Part shown: piece after piece, positions 41,614 through 54,329 of the stretch
How the letters are laid out: each line of letters begins with the position of its first letter
Position numbering within the stretch: position 1 is the stretch's first letter
Origin: Eledone cirrhosa
Taxonomy: Eukaryota
NCBI GenBank assembly: GCA_964016885.1
Contig: OZ024745.1
Coordinates: 18,724,001 to 18,788,000 of the forward strand
Length of the DNA stretch: 64,000 nucleotides
Reading direction: 5' to 3'
Made by a program: the position numbers and the translations under genes
The notes under the pieces: model-generated
Database searches by the model: none
Told to the model about the DNA's origin: nothing
Seen by the model: only the letters and a program-made list of their open reading frames with translations

Positions 41614-41825
41614 ACACACACACAGAAAAAAATAGAGGTTTTATGATTTCAGCATTTTACTGAGGTAACTCAAACGGAAGTAAAATAAGGAGTGGTTTTG
41701 ATTCCTGAGAGCGATAGCAACAACAAAAATACAAACAAAGTTTGTTTTCGCTCTAACATGGTGGATGCCTAAATGTATGCATGGGTGAATAATAACAATA
41801 ATATAATATTATTATTATTAACTCA

Positions 41826-42020
41826 CGGTGGATTGGCAGTATCGGTAGAGGGTCGGACGCCATGCTTTGACGCATAGAGTTACGCCCATTTATGGTCTGT
41901 GTTCAAATCCCGCCGAGGTTAACTTTACCTTTCATCCTTACGGGGTCGATAAAATAAAGTACCAGTAATGTACTGGGTAATTTTTGTCCTTGTGCCAAAA
42001 TGTAGAAACAATTATTATTA
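41826..42020 (+). mobile_element. SINE family 1, full length, with 15-bp TSD
   Basis: ATTATTATTAACTCA at 41811-41825 and 42011-42025. A/B boxes and core present. Confidence 0.92.
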
Positions 42021-42081
42021 ACTCATGAATACAACAAAAATATATTTATATTTTTGACAATATTGGTATATTTAAACAATA

Positions 42082-42273
42082 TAATTATTTCTACTTTTGG
42101 CACAAGGCCAGCATTTATCCCAGTACATTACTGGTACTTTATTTTATCGACCCCGTAAGGATGAAAGGCAAAGTTAACCTCGGCGGGATTTGAACTCAGA
42201 CCATAAAGGGCCTTAACTCTTTGCTATAAAGCATGGCTTCAGACCCTCTACCGATACTGCCAATCCACCGCCT
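42082..42273 (-). mobile_element. SINE family 1, full length, with 19-bp TSD
   Basis: TATATTTAAACAATATAAT at 42067-42085 and 42274-42292. Confidence 0.92.
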
Positions 42274-42710
42274 TATATTTAAACAATATAATATATAACG
42301 ATTTAATGGCCTCTGCTGCTCGATACTGGCTGGTACTCCTCACTCATTTGTCCCTGCTCCTCTCATCATCTATGTTGTATCTAACGACCTTCTCAGGCCA
42401 TGTACTAACCACTCCATCTGGCGGTGTAGTTGACTGTCCATGTGTACTACTTTAACTAATCATTTAAAAATTAGAATTCTCTAGTCAAATGTCTTGAAAT
42501 ATTTCTGGAACTTGTACATCAAGTACGCGTCTCTGTTTTATTCCAATTCATAACCGATGTAAAATCAACTATTTACATTATCCCTTAGTCCTTGTCACTA
42601 CGTTTTAGATCAAACTTTCTTAAAAGTTCACCACTCCCCGCCCTTGCATTAAAGTAATGAAGCCTATTATAAATAAGAGATATTTGTGAGTCACTAATTA
42701 CCTTTTATAC

Positions 42711-42743
<33 letters not shown>

Positions 42744-42783
42744 CATATATATATATATGTATGTAATAATATATATATATGTG

Positions 42784-42827
<44 letters not shown>

Positions 42828-42834
42828 TCATATA

Positions 42835-42871
<37 letters not shown>

Positions 42872-42873
42872 TC

Positions 42874-42907
<34 letters not shown>

Positions 42908-43577
42908 TTATGTATATATATATATATATATATAAGTGGTTTGCTTGTGGCAACAATTATAAACTTTTAATACAAGAAAACTAATTCAGACTCAAGACAT
43001 ATTAACTTAGACGTGTTTTCCAAAATATTTTCTCAATCGATTAGTTTTAGTACTTTTCTACTTTCTTTATATTTATTTTGTCACTTAAAGCGATCGAAGA
43101 ACCTGATTATAAACTGTGTATTCTACATTTTTTTTTACTATCCGGCTTGCCCCATTATCAGATGAGGTGATTTATGGGAAAGAAAAATAAACGGACTTCT
43201 AATTAGGTCAGTCACTTGTTCATTCAGGTAAAACATTATGTTTATTCTATCAAATTGGAACATATAACAACCATTTACATAAATAGTTCATAGTTATGTC
43301 TCATATAAGTTATGTACCAGACAAAGAAATGACTTGTCTGTTATTAATGTCACTTTTAAACAATATATTAAGGAAGACAATATATTAGAGAAGATATTTT
43401 CTTTCGTATAATTACAATTTTCTACGTCCCGGTCACATTCAGTTACATATATAAGTAATAGTATATAGATATATATACATATATATAACAGTGTTATAAT
43501 CAGTCACATATGTAACATGAGGAAATATATAGTTTCATATTATATACACACATCATACTCTGGTAGACCATACTATA

Positions 43578-43764
43578 TACGAGGGTCGGTTGAAAAGTTA
43601 ATAGGCTGACCAAGATACTCTCCTGGATTGACCAAATGAAGTTTTTTTTTCAACATAGTCCCTGGAAAGAAACAATGCATTTATTAATAAGAACTACCAA
43701 GATTTTGCATATCTAGCATTACTCCTTTATAGTCAGTCTATAAAATTTTCGGCCGACTCTCCTA
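43578..43764. mobile_element. Mariner-derived MITE with both TIRs
   Basis: TACGAGGGTCGGTTGAAAAGTTAATAGGCTGAC ... GTCAGTCTATAAAATTTTCGGCCGACTCTCCTA. The left part is similar to 37307 and 62873. Confidence 0.78.
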
Positions 43765-43949
43765 CTATTATATACACTAGCAGAAAAATCGGCGGTTTTC
43801 TGCTAGCATATGTAGTGTGCATATTGGTATTATACGCAAATATATATGCATATAGATATATGAAAATTGAAAAGTAAATTGACAATATCTTCTTCTTCAC
43901 CCACTGAGAGGGTCGTGGAGGCAGAGTCCTTCTCAAACACTCCTTCCAG

Positions 43950-44545
43950 CGAATCTGTCAGTAGCAAGCATCTCCAACTGACCCAGCTGGATCCCAAAGC
44001 GTTACCAGCCAAGCTCATGGATGTTATCCAACTATCTTGCTCAGGGTCTACCTCTGGGTCTCTTGCCGGTTGGTTTTGACTGTAAAACGTGCCCACCGAT
44101 TCTTTACTGGGACATTCTAACCACATGCTCATAATATCGGAGTTGTGATCTCTCAATTCGGAGAAGAAGCGGCTCTACCAGGAGTGACTCTCTGGTCTCT
44201 GAGCTATGCACTTTATCAAGTAACGTTACTCCAAAGACTCTTCGGAGGAATCCCATTTCTGCCACTTTATTTTCAGTTGTATTCTTTTGGTCATTACTCA
44301 AGATTCATGATCCTCGGTAAGAGTTGGCAGGAATACCAGGAAGATGCGAGTATGGCTTTTACACCTAACCCCTTCTTTTTATTGCTGAAGACTGAGGCTG
44401 GCGAATTACTGCATCAGCTTTTGCAATTCTTGCACTTAATTCAGCCTCCTGCATTCCATGACTCATGAACACGGCTCCAAGATACTTGAACTTCTATAAC
44501 TGCTTCAGTAGAACTCCATTCACACGTATATTAATTTGAGAGACT
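43950..44545 (-). mobile_element. RTE-clade LINE 3' fragment (decayed RT C-terminal region)
   Basis: KFKYLG, AEMGFLRRVFGVTLLDKVHSSETRESL and RIERSQLRYYEHVVRM motifs are typical of RTE ORF ends. Confidence 0.85.
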
Positions 44546-44734
44546 TCTGTCCACCTGTCCATCACACAATGTGTATGTGTATTTATGTGAATGTAAGTGT
44601 GTGTAAAAGGAAGGAAAGGGATACATACATATATATCTAACTTAAAAACAGTGACAGACACACACGTGTCTCTAATTTAAGAATACCGACAAACTCACGC
44701 GCGCGCACATACACACACTGTCCTATTACTAATT

Positions 44735-45000
44735 AAGAGCTTCGGCCCGGGCAAACATTCCCTCAATTTTACAACCGTCTGGGTTGTCCAGAATTGATAG
44801 GAAAAGACTTGATGGTCTTACTCCGTGCTCCTGGTCAAGCGGCAGGTGCCTTACCTGGGACGTCAGAGTTAGTGACTCTTTTGCTTCTTCCCACATCCTG
44901 GATGCAGCGGTAAGGGCGAGAGCTACAGTATCCGCAGCTGAACGGAACAAAATCCTAAAATACCGTGTTCTGTTAGCTAACTACATTATCCAGCCTATGT
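44735..45000 (+). mobile_element. CRE-clade-like non-LTR retrotransposon endonuclease (RLE) fragment
   Basis: IPSILQPSGLSRIDRKRLDGLT..W..G..LTWDV...D......AAERNKILKY fits the EPxGL..DGKRPDG..W..G..WD..AE..K..KY pattern. Confidence 0.72.
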
Positions 45001-45586
45001 GGTCTTAGATGTGTGTATTACGTGTTTGTGTATTTTTTCTCTTTCATTTTTTTCCTTTCCCATTCCTTTGTATATATTATATTTATGTTTTCGTTCTGTA
45101 ACCATTATATTCAATTTTTATACAAATGAGTTTTTAAAAACAGAGTTAATAATAAATAAAGAGATACAGATGTATGTATTTGCACATACACATAGATATG
45201 CGTCAGCATGTAGAAAATCATAGTCACTCTATCTGTATCTCTCTCCTCACACACTCTCTCTTTCTATATATATGATGGTGGTGGCGGCGATATACCGGAA
45301 GTGTAGAAATTTGAAACTTTGAAAAGAAGTCAATTTTAAATAAGCAATAAAATTATTTATATTAATATTTATATTAAATTTAATTTACTACATAAATTAT
45401 GTAATATTTATTCAATATTTATTCAAAGTAATCCGACTTATTTTATTAACTGGATTAAAAGAAATAAACCGCACGCAGTCCGGCACTCCTTACTTTATTA
45501 TAGTTTAGATATATTTCATGGTAGACAAAACAGCGCCACATCCAGTTTCCTTTATAATCTAATATAATATTATTAACTATTATAAG

Positions 45587-45751
45587 GGCGTTGGATTGGC
45601 AGTATAATTAGAGCGTCGGACACCATGCTTCGCAGTATAGAGTTACGTCTCTTTACATTCTGATTTTAATTCCCGCTGTGGTTGATAAAATAAAGTACCA
45701 GTAATGGACTGAGTAATTGCTGGCCTTGTGCCAAAAGTAGAAACAATTATT
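45587..45751 (+). mobile_element. SINE family 1 with an internal deletion
   Basis: GGATTGGCAGTAT head and GATAAAATAAAGTACCAGT...GGCCTTGTGCCAAAAGTAGAAACAATTATT tail. Confidence 0.85.
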
Positions 45752-46153
45752 AAGCTGGCGTATGGAACACGACTTAATAAATGTTCTTACATAAAACTAC
45801 TCTGAAAGGTTTTTAGATTAATGTAAACATTTATACGGTAGAACAAAAATGTTAAATATGTATATAAATATAGCGGTTTTCGTTTGAAGTAAGGTGTCAA
45901 ATCGTATAGTGCATATTTGATTAAACTTTTTGGCTGCATATTCCTTCATTGGGGCTAATCTTCTAAAAATATTTCTATGTGTTTGTGAGAACTGTTGAGC
46001 ACCAGAATATCATTTTTAAAATATTTATATGACGGGCTTCCACACAGCTTCTGTCTGCCACATTTGACTCACCAATCTTTAGTAAAAGACGCTTTTTGAT
46101 GGTCCCACAGAATGGGACCGACCCCGAAACTGCGTAGTTGCCAAAGATCTACA

Positions 46154-46468
46154 CTCTGTCGGTTACGACGATGAGTGTTCCAATTGATACGATCAACGGA
46201 ACAGCCTGCTCGTAAAATTGACGTGCAAGTGACTGAGCATTCCACAAATGCGCGTACCCATAACTTAGTGCTCAGAGAGATTCTGCATTACACAGAATAT
46301 GACAAAGCTGGCCCTTCGAATTACTGGTACAACTCATTTTTGACAGCTGAGTGGACTGGAGCAACGTGAAATAAAGTGTCTTGATCAAGGACATAACGCG
46401 TCGCCGGGAATCGAACTCACGACCTTACCATCTTGAGCCGAATGCCCTAACCACAGAGCTACGTGCCA
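46154..46468 (-). mobile_element. SINE family 2, near full length
   Basis: tRNA-like head on the minus strand (GTGGTTAGGGCATTCGGC...GAGTTCGATTCCC) plus the shared GGAGCAACGTGAAATAAAGTGTCTTG block. Confidence 0.85.
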
Positions 46469-48103
46469 AACAAACTCAATAACCATACAGCTATGCCTAA
46501 CAAATATTTCTTCATAATGTGTATAACAGAATTCAGTTATCCAATCCTGGCGTGACAGACTCTTACTGTGTAAATATTTAGTTCGAGGTTCAGTCATACA
46601 GAATGACACCTTAGGCTGTTTTCTGGCATGAGCCCAGTTTAACCAAATTCTTATGATTAAACTAGAGTAGACAGAAATCATGTAGAATTTTCTTGAAGAC
46701 ACCTTTCTAGCTTTTTAATGGTAGATCCATTTTATCAGCATCTCCATGTGTGCATTGGAGTGTCCTTTGTGGAGTTCCCTCTGATTCGACTAGTCGAGCT
46801 AGTTCACCGATTTGCTCACAATTTCCTCGATTTCGTCCAACAATCTATGTCTGAGTCTGTAAAACGTGTGTAGGTTCTGCCTTTTCTTTCACTAATTTCT
46901 TTCTAACATAGAAAAAGATAAGAAAGTAGAATAGAGGAGGTTTTTAACCCCCACCTCCTTCATAGATTGACATTGCTCTTTAAGAGATGTCAATGGCTTT
47001 TATTAACATCAACATTTTCTCCAGTGTAGTTTTATGCAAGAGATAGATTTATGATTCAAAATTAATTCCAAATCTTGCTCAACATTTATTTGTCATATAT
47101 AAGAACAGGCAAAAGGTGTAAACAAACATTCATCGTAGAGAGCTCGTCAGATCATAAAAGCAGAACTGCTGACATTTCTCTTATTTTAAGTTCTATCTGT
47201 CAAACAAATACTTCCAATTGAATTTAACAGAGAAGCATTCTGAAACAACTTTCAATGATTTTTTTTATTGTTTTCCTGTTGTATTTACACTTTCTTGGAT
47301 TATCTATGTTTTCATATGTGACTGTCGCTGATGTCATTAATGCGTTGCTTCTTCCCGTTAACATCGTTGAAGTCGACATTTTGTGTGCATTCTTCTTACT
47401 GATTATCATGTCAATGGTTTCTTTCTCCTTTTGTTGTTGTTTTTACTTTCCTTCAGTTATTTCTGTTTTCACTGCTGCTGTTGTCGCTACCACTTACACA
47501 ATTCCACTTTTATTCAATACATTTTAATAGTCGTCAAACGAAAGCCACCTCAACTGGTTGTTTCTGAGCTATTTTACATTTACATTGCTGCACTGAAAAG
47601 CTCTTATACAACATGAAAACACGTTAGTTTTGAGTCGACGGTGGCGTTGTTGACGGTGATGGCAGATAGAACTTTTGTAAAAGCTATAAAACAGAGCAGG
47701 CATAAGAAAGCTAAACAATTGGAGTGGAACTATTTTTATTCCAAAAATATCTCCAAGTAAATATCTGCCAAATACGACCATGCATAAGAGCAGGAAAAAA
47801 GTACATACGATGCCAATAGAAAAGTAATATTCAGCAGGCATTGATGATATTTTTCAAGTGAAATCATTCAAATGATACGATTTATATAGAAAAATCGGGT
47901 AACTTTGAAAGACCATCGCCATTACGGAAGAAAAAACATTGTTTGGCACTTAGTATTCAACGAAGCATGCAGCCAATACACTGCATGGAACTAAGAAATT
48001 GTACAGTTTTCACTGGAAATAATTCTATAGATACTATATTATGAATTGCTTTTAAAAGCATACTTTTATATCTGTATAGATATACACATACATACGTACA
48101 TAC

Positions 48104-48262
<159 letters not shown>

Positions 48263-48775
48263 TTGGATAGTTCCTTTTATTTACATGTAAGAACGTATGT
48301 ATGTATGCATGTATGAACAAATCTACGCATGTATAAATATATGTATACATGAGTGTGTGTATAGATATGTCTATGTGTATGAATGTATTTATAGTATGCA
48401 AGTTTGTATGTACAAATTGCATCATGCATAATCGAAGTAAAAATTAAATTTTATATGTATATACGTGTGTATATAGGATACATAGGAATATATATATATA
48501 TATATGTGTGTGTATGCCTGTGAGTGTATATATGTGCGTGTGCATGCGTATGAGTGTATATGTGTGTGTGCATGCGTATGAGTGTATATGTGTGTGATTA
48601 TGTGTAAAGTACGTGCATGCGTGTCTGTGTGTATTTGAGTGTATACAATCTAAAACATCTATACAGTAGATTCTCTATTTAAATATGTCTATGTCTTTAT
48701 ATATTGGCATTATGGTTTCATTATCAACTCATCTGAACTCTTTTATATATATATATATATAGTATATTTGTATAC

Positions 48776-48810
<35 letters not shown>

Positions 48811-48930
48811 ATTTATATATGTATATATGTATATATATATGTATATATATATATACATATATCTATATATATATATATATATATATATACATCTATATAC
48901 ATATATATACATATATACATATATATATAC

Positions 48931-49048
<118 letters not shown>

Positions 49049-49793
49049 TACAAATATGAGAGACAGATGGACACACGGACAGCCAACCTGTTATAGAGAC
49101 AAATAGATAGTCAGAATTACTTTATATTCAGGTGTTACAAATTTATCACATGTAATGGAGATAAAATAAGTACTTCTCGGTTTCTGAAGTATATTTACAC
49201 CAATACAGACAAATATTATAGGCTCCCCTCCATCATTTCTCTATACAGTTGAAAGAACACGAAATATTAATACGTTCATAAACAACTTATCTCTCATATA
49301 TCTTTGACAACTAAAGATATTTTCAACACCTACTGACCACCAGTCACCAACCAGCCAATCACCAAATTCCATAGCCTAGGATTATACAATGCCACATTCA
49401 ATAGGAATCTACAAATTTGATTACGGTTCATATCTCTGCGTTAGCTTCGAGGATATATAAATATTGTTGTTAAGTGGAGTATATATCATTATATGAATTG
49501 TTTGTTTCGGGAACAAGAATTTATCCGATAACATACATTCTAAAGTGCTTTCTTAATAAAGAAATATGTGTATTAATGTATTTTTCTGTTGTCTTAAAAC
49601 AAAATGACGAAACTTATTTATTCTTTCCCCAACTGCATCTATTCATTCATCCATACGTATATGTACCCATACATAAATATGTAAATACATACATACACAC
49701 CTACATACATGCATACATATTTATATAAACACATATATTCATTCATGGTTGCATACATATATACATACATGCAGGCATACATACTTACATACA

Positions 49794-49990
49794 TGGTGGC
49801 TGCCAACTCGTTTTCGAGTACGGCCACTACTTTATAACCATGTAGGAGAACCCCTACCGATGCGCTGAACGAGTGTCACATTTTAGTCCAGCCAACGACT
49901 TGAAAACTCTGGTACAAACACTACACTTGTGACAATTATTGACACATAGTGCTGGGCCCATGGTACCATGTGATGACAAGTGCAGTTGGT
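49794..49990 (+). repeat. Interspersed repeat; inverted copy at 61465-61653
   Basis: GGTGGCTGCCAACTCGTTTTCGAGTACGGCCACTAC...GCTGGGCCCATGGTACCATGTGA present in both places. Confidence 0.9.
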
Positions 49991-50074
49991 GCTACTGGTA
50001 ACATGTATCCCAGTACAACCTGTCTCATGGTTGGGTCGTTGGCGACTAAACTTACATACATACATACATACATA

Positions 50075-50350
50075 AGTTTACAAACCCAGTATCCAAGATA
50101 CACCTTTAGCTTCATACCCATTATTGTTGGAGCTACGGATTATATACCAACCCGCTTGGACCAAAGTATGACTGAACTTGGATTTGCGGACAAAAAGCGC
50201 AGCTCCCTAATTCATAGTCTACAAATGACTGCGATAGCTGGCACCTTCAAAATTTGCAAAACATTCTTGCGATTCAAGGGATGACAATTTCTTTTCTTTT
50301 ACAACCTTGCCACCAGGAAGGTGGCCGGTCAAAAAAATATACACGAAATT
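50075..50350 (+). mobile_element. 3' fragment of an RLE-type non-LTR retrotransposon (different family from 54-60 kb)
   Basis: FIPIIVGATDYIP...LQMTAIAGTFKICKTFL parallels VIPIVIGALGTI...LQKACLLGTARTLRYVL. Confidence 0.7.
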
Positions 50351-50762
50351 AAGAGAAAGAGACATACATGCACAAAGACAAACATACCGGCCGGAAATGC
50401 CGAAGTCTTACAGTCAAGAACAAATCAAACCAAGCCACATCTTTCAAATTCAATTGATTGGCAACACAATGAAGATTTTGCTGACACTGCTATAGTATTA
50501 CGTTATGGGAATAATATATTACGTTATGGTCTTTCGTGGGGATGTTTTAATGTTTTATTACATTTATGTTTTGGATATGAGTTTCAGATTTTTATTTATT
50601 AGATATGAAGTATTTGATGAAGAATGTTGCCCATGGTCGACGTTGTTTTATTGAGCTAAACTTTGTGATTTTGTAGCTAAATAATTGTATTTTGTGTGGC
50701 AGGTCTTGGCTGGTTTAGGTTTGTTATATTCCTTTACTGTTATTTTGATGTCGGTTTGGATT

Positions 50763-50803
<41 letters not shown>

Positions 50804-50893
50804 ACATACATATACATATATATATATTTATGCAGCACCCACCGGAAATACTTCATTATATATATATATATATATATATACATATATATATAA

Positions 50894-51024
<131 letters not shown>

Positions 51025-51030
51025 AGAAAG

Positions 51031-51074
51031 ATGTAAAATCCCGACCGAGGCGCCAAGCGGTCGGGATTTTACAT
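51031..51074. repeat. Perfect 17-bp hairpin, flanked by (GA)n upstream and (CT)n downstream
   Basis: ATGTAAAATCCCGACCG-AGGCGCCAAG-CGGTCGGGATTTTACAT. Confidence 0.9.
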
Positions 51075-51156
51075 ATCACTCTGCCTACTCTGCATCTCCC
51101 CATGCATTGCATTCAGTTCTCCCAAGATTAGTGGTCTCCTCGCAGACCCCACCCCC

Positions 51157-51271
<115 letters not shown>

Positions 51272-51300
51272 TCTAAGGACCTACCTTGTCGAGTGCTTTG

Positions 51301-51351
51301 CTAACTCATTCATATAGTAAGCCGAATTTGCTTACTATATGAATGAGTTAG
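51301..51351. repeat. 21-bp perfect inverted repeat
   Basis: CTAACTCATTCATATAGTAAG ... CTTACTATATGAATGAGTTAG. Confidence 0.9.
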
Positions 51352-51449
51352 AAAGGAAGAAGTCAACGTAAGGGTCACACTACATTCATGCTAGAAAATG
51401 CCACGAAAAATGCTACTCCAAAGAATCTATATTTAACAAAGGCATATAT

Positions 51450-51561
51450 AATTGTTTCTACTTTAGGCACAGGGCCAGCAATTACCCAGTGTATTACTGG
51501 TACTTTATTTTATCGACCCCGTAAGGATAAACGGCAAAGTCAACCTCGGCGGGATTTGAAC
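51450..51561 (-). mobile_element. SINE family 1, 5'-truncated
   Basis: Reverse complement of the family core and tail. Confidence 0.85.
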
Positions 51562-52439
51562 AATGGCATATATAATGGGTGTCTGTATGGTCTAATGTGT
51601 GAACCGAAAATTGGAACATTAAATTTATGTTACGAGTTATAGGATGAAATTAAATTAAATTAAAAATTATTAAATTGCAAAATGATAAATTGAAAAATAA
51701 ATTATTAGAAAATTAAAGGTTAAGGTAGCGAGATTTATTTAATGAACTTACAGAGAGAGTCTTATATGAAAAAATTAATCTCGATAAGATATCAGGATGG
51801 GATATAGAGTAAAGATTTCGATTGTGACTCCCAGCCAGCACCCCCCAACCATGAGTCAGCCAGTTTCGAGTGGTATCGTCCAGCGAAAGAAATGGAAATT
51901 AAATTTTCCGAGTACTCTAGGAATGTAGCTACCTTAGGCCCGGGATCGCTAGCGGGAAGTCTACAATTTCGACAGGCCATCGTTTATACCAAACGAATAT
52001 TATTAAATCACGCATGAGGGGTTTATTTACGTGCCAGTAGAGGCATGATACAGCTAATAGTTATGCCTAAACCTGGAGTTTATAGGTATAAGTATAATAT
52101 GGCGGCCAAAACAGGCGGCGCGGTGGGACCGGGGCCAAGCCATCCGCTCCGAGTAATTTCGTTTACCAAAAGAGGGGAAATTTAATTTTCCGAGCACTCA
52201 AGGAAGGCTGAACTTTCTGAGTGCCCAGCACGCAGCCGGGAAAAGCCACCACATAAGTCGAAGGTAGCAACCCAATGAAAAGTGCAAATAGACCATAATT
52301 ATTTTAAAGTCCCAGTTAGTCCGGGTTATAAGTAGTGTGGTTATTTGGTGGGTAGGGGGCTATGAAAGGTGCACAATATTACACCAAGATTGACCATACG
52401 GAATGACCAATTCTATCCAGTGGTGAACCAAGAAACCTA

Positions 52440-52508
<69 letters not shown>

Positions 52509-52537
52509 GTGGTTACACAGCAGTTAGTTCACCATAC

Positions 52538-52575
52538 CGAGAACAATTGTTTCACCTTAACGGATCCTCAGCACG
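52538..52575 (-). ncRNA. Minimal hammerhead motif, partly decayed
   Basis: Minus strand CGTG-CTGAGGA-TCC GTTAA GGT-GAAAC-AATT-GTT-CTCG. Palindromic ACAATTGT stem III. Lies in a ~100-bp insert between (TA)n tracts. Confidence 0.55.
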
Positions 52576-52611
52576 TAATGGACAGCTCGTAGTGTTCTAC
52601 CACTATATATG

Positions 52612-53090
<479 letters not shown>

Positions 53091-53250
53091 TTACTTCAAG
53101 AATGACCTGCATAGGAATTCCCGCGAACTCGCTACCTAAATAATGAAACCTCTTGTTGAGTCAAACAACGCCATATGTTAAAACTATCCACAATACAGAG
53201 TACTTACAACCTCTAACTGGATTACCTATAACGATAATTTGTTATCCTAC

Positions 53251-53325
<75 letters not shown>

Positions 53326-54329
53326 AATAATAATAATAATAATAATAATATTAATAATAATAATAATAACAACTCTTAGTACAAATGCTACGTAAAGCAT
53401 CTGGCTTGAGCCCCAAAAAAATTCGGACCCAAAATATATTGTTATAAGGCTCAAATATTCAAATATTCAACTTTGTATTGTACATTGTATATTCAAAAAA
53501 GAAAATGGCTATAAATGGAAGAAGAACCCCCCCTCCTCCTCTGTCTACACTATATAGAACAGCCAAACAACACCAGTCTCACCAACACCAGAAACTAGAT
53601 ACACCACCTACCCCATCACCTCTCTGTGTACACTAAACACAACAGCCAGATAACGGCAACTTCACCACCACCACAACCAATCTCAACATAATAATGATAA
53701 TAATAAATACTATTATTATTGTCCCAAGTTTTAACAAAATGTTTAATTCCAACATTAAGGGAATTTATGTCAACACATGTACGCGACTAACCCCATAGAT
53801 TCACCGAACGGACATCAGTAACGACAACGCCATCACTACAGTCACCGCCGCCGCCGCCCATCCATCATTACTACCACTATCCCATCACCGCCGCCACCAC
53901 TCCTTCATTGCTACCACCGCTACAACACCATCACTACAGTAATACGATCACATCACGACCACCACTGCCTCAGTATCGCTACCGCCGCTATTCTCTCCCA
54001 TTGCTTCCTGCTAGTTGCTGCTAGCACAGCACTGCCACCACATTATAGAATTCCTACTAAAAAAGAGGAAGGCATCAAAATATATAGATAGACTCAAAAG
54101 AAAAAACAAAAATCAAAACCAAAGCAGCACAGCAACAACAACAAAAAAAACAGAGAAAAACAAAAACAAAAAAACGTAAAGAAAATAAGAATGAAGATAG
54201 AAACAAGCGGACGGACAGAGAAGAGAAGGGAAAAACTAAGTCAGACATTCGAACACTACATTACAATGAAACTTATGCTTATTCATTTTTGGGGTTTTTC
54301 TGCCTGTTTGTTTGTTTGTTTATTTGTGT

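Noticed and set aside
47569-48030. Hydrophobic 90-aa minus-strand ORF resembling a membrane-protein exon
   Set aside because: In-frame stops immediately upstream, no recognisable motif, and T-rich DNA gives such peptides by chance. A BLASTx hit would reopen it.
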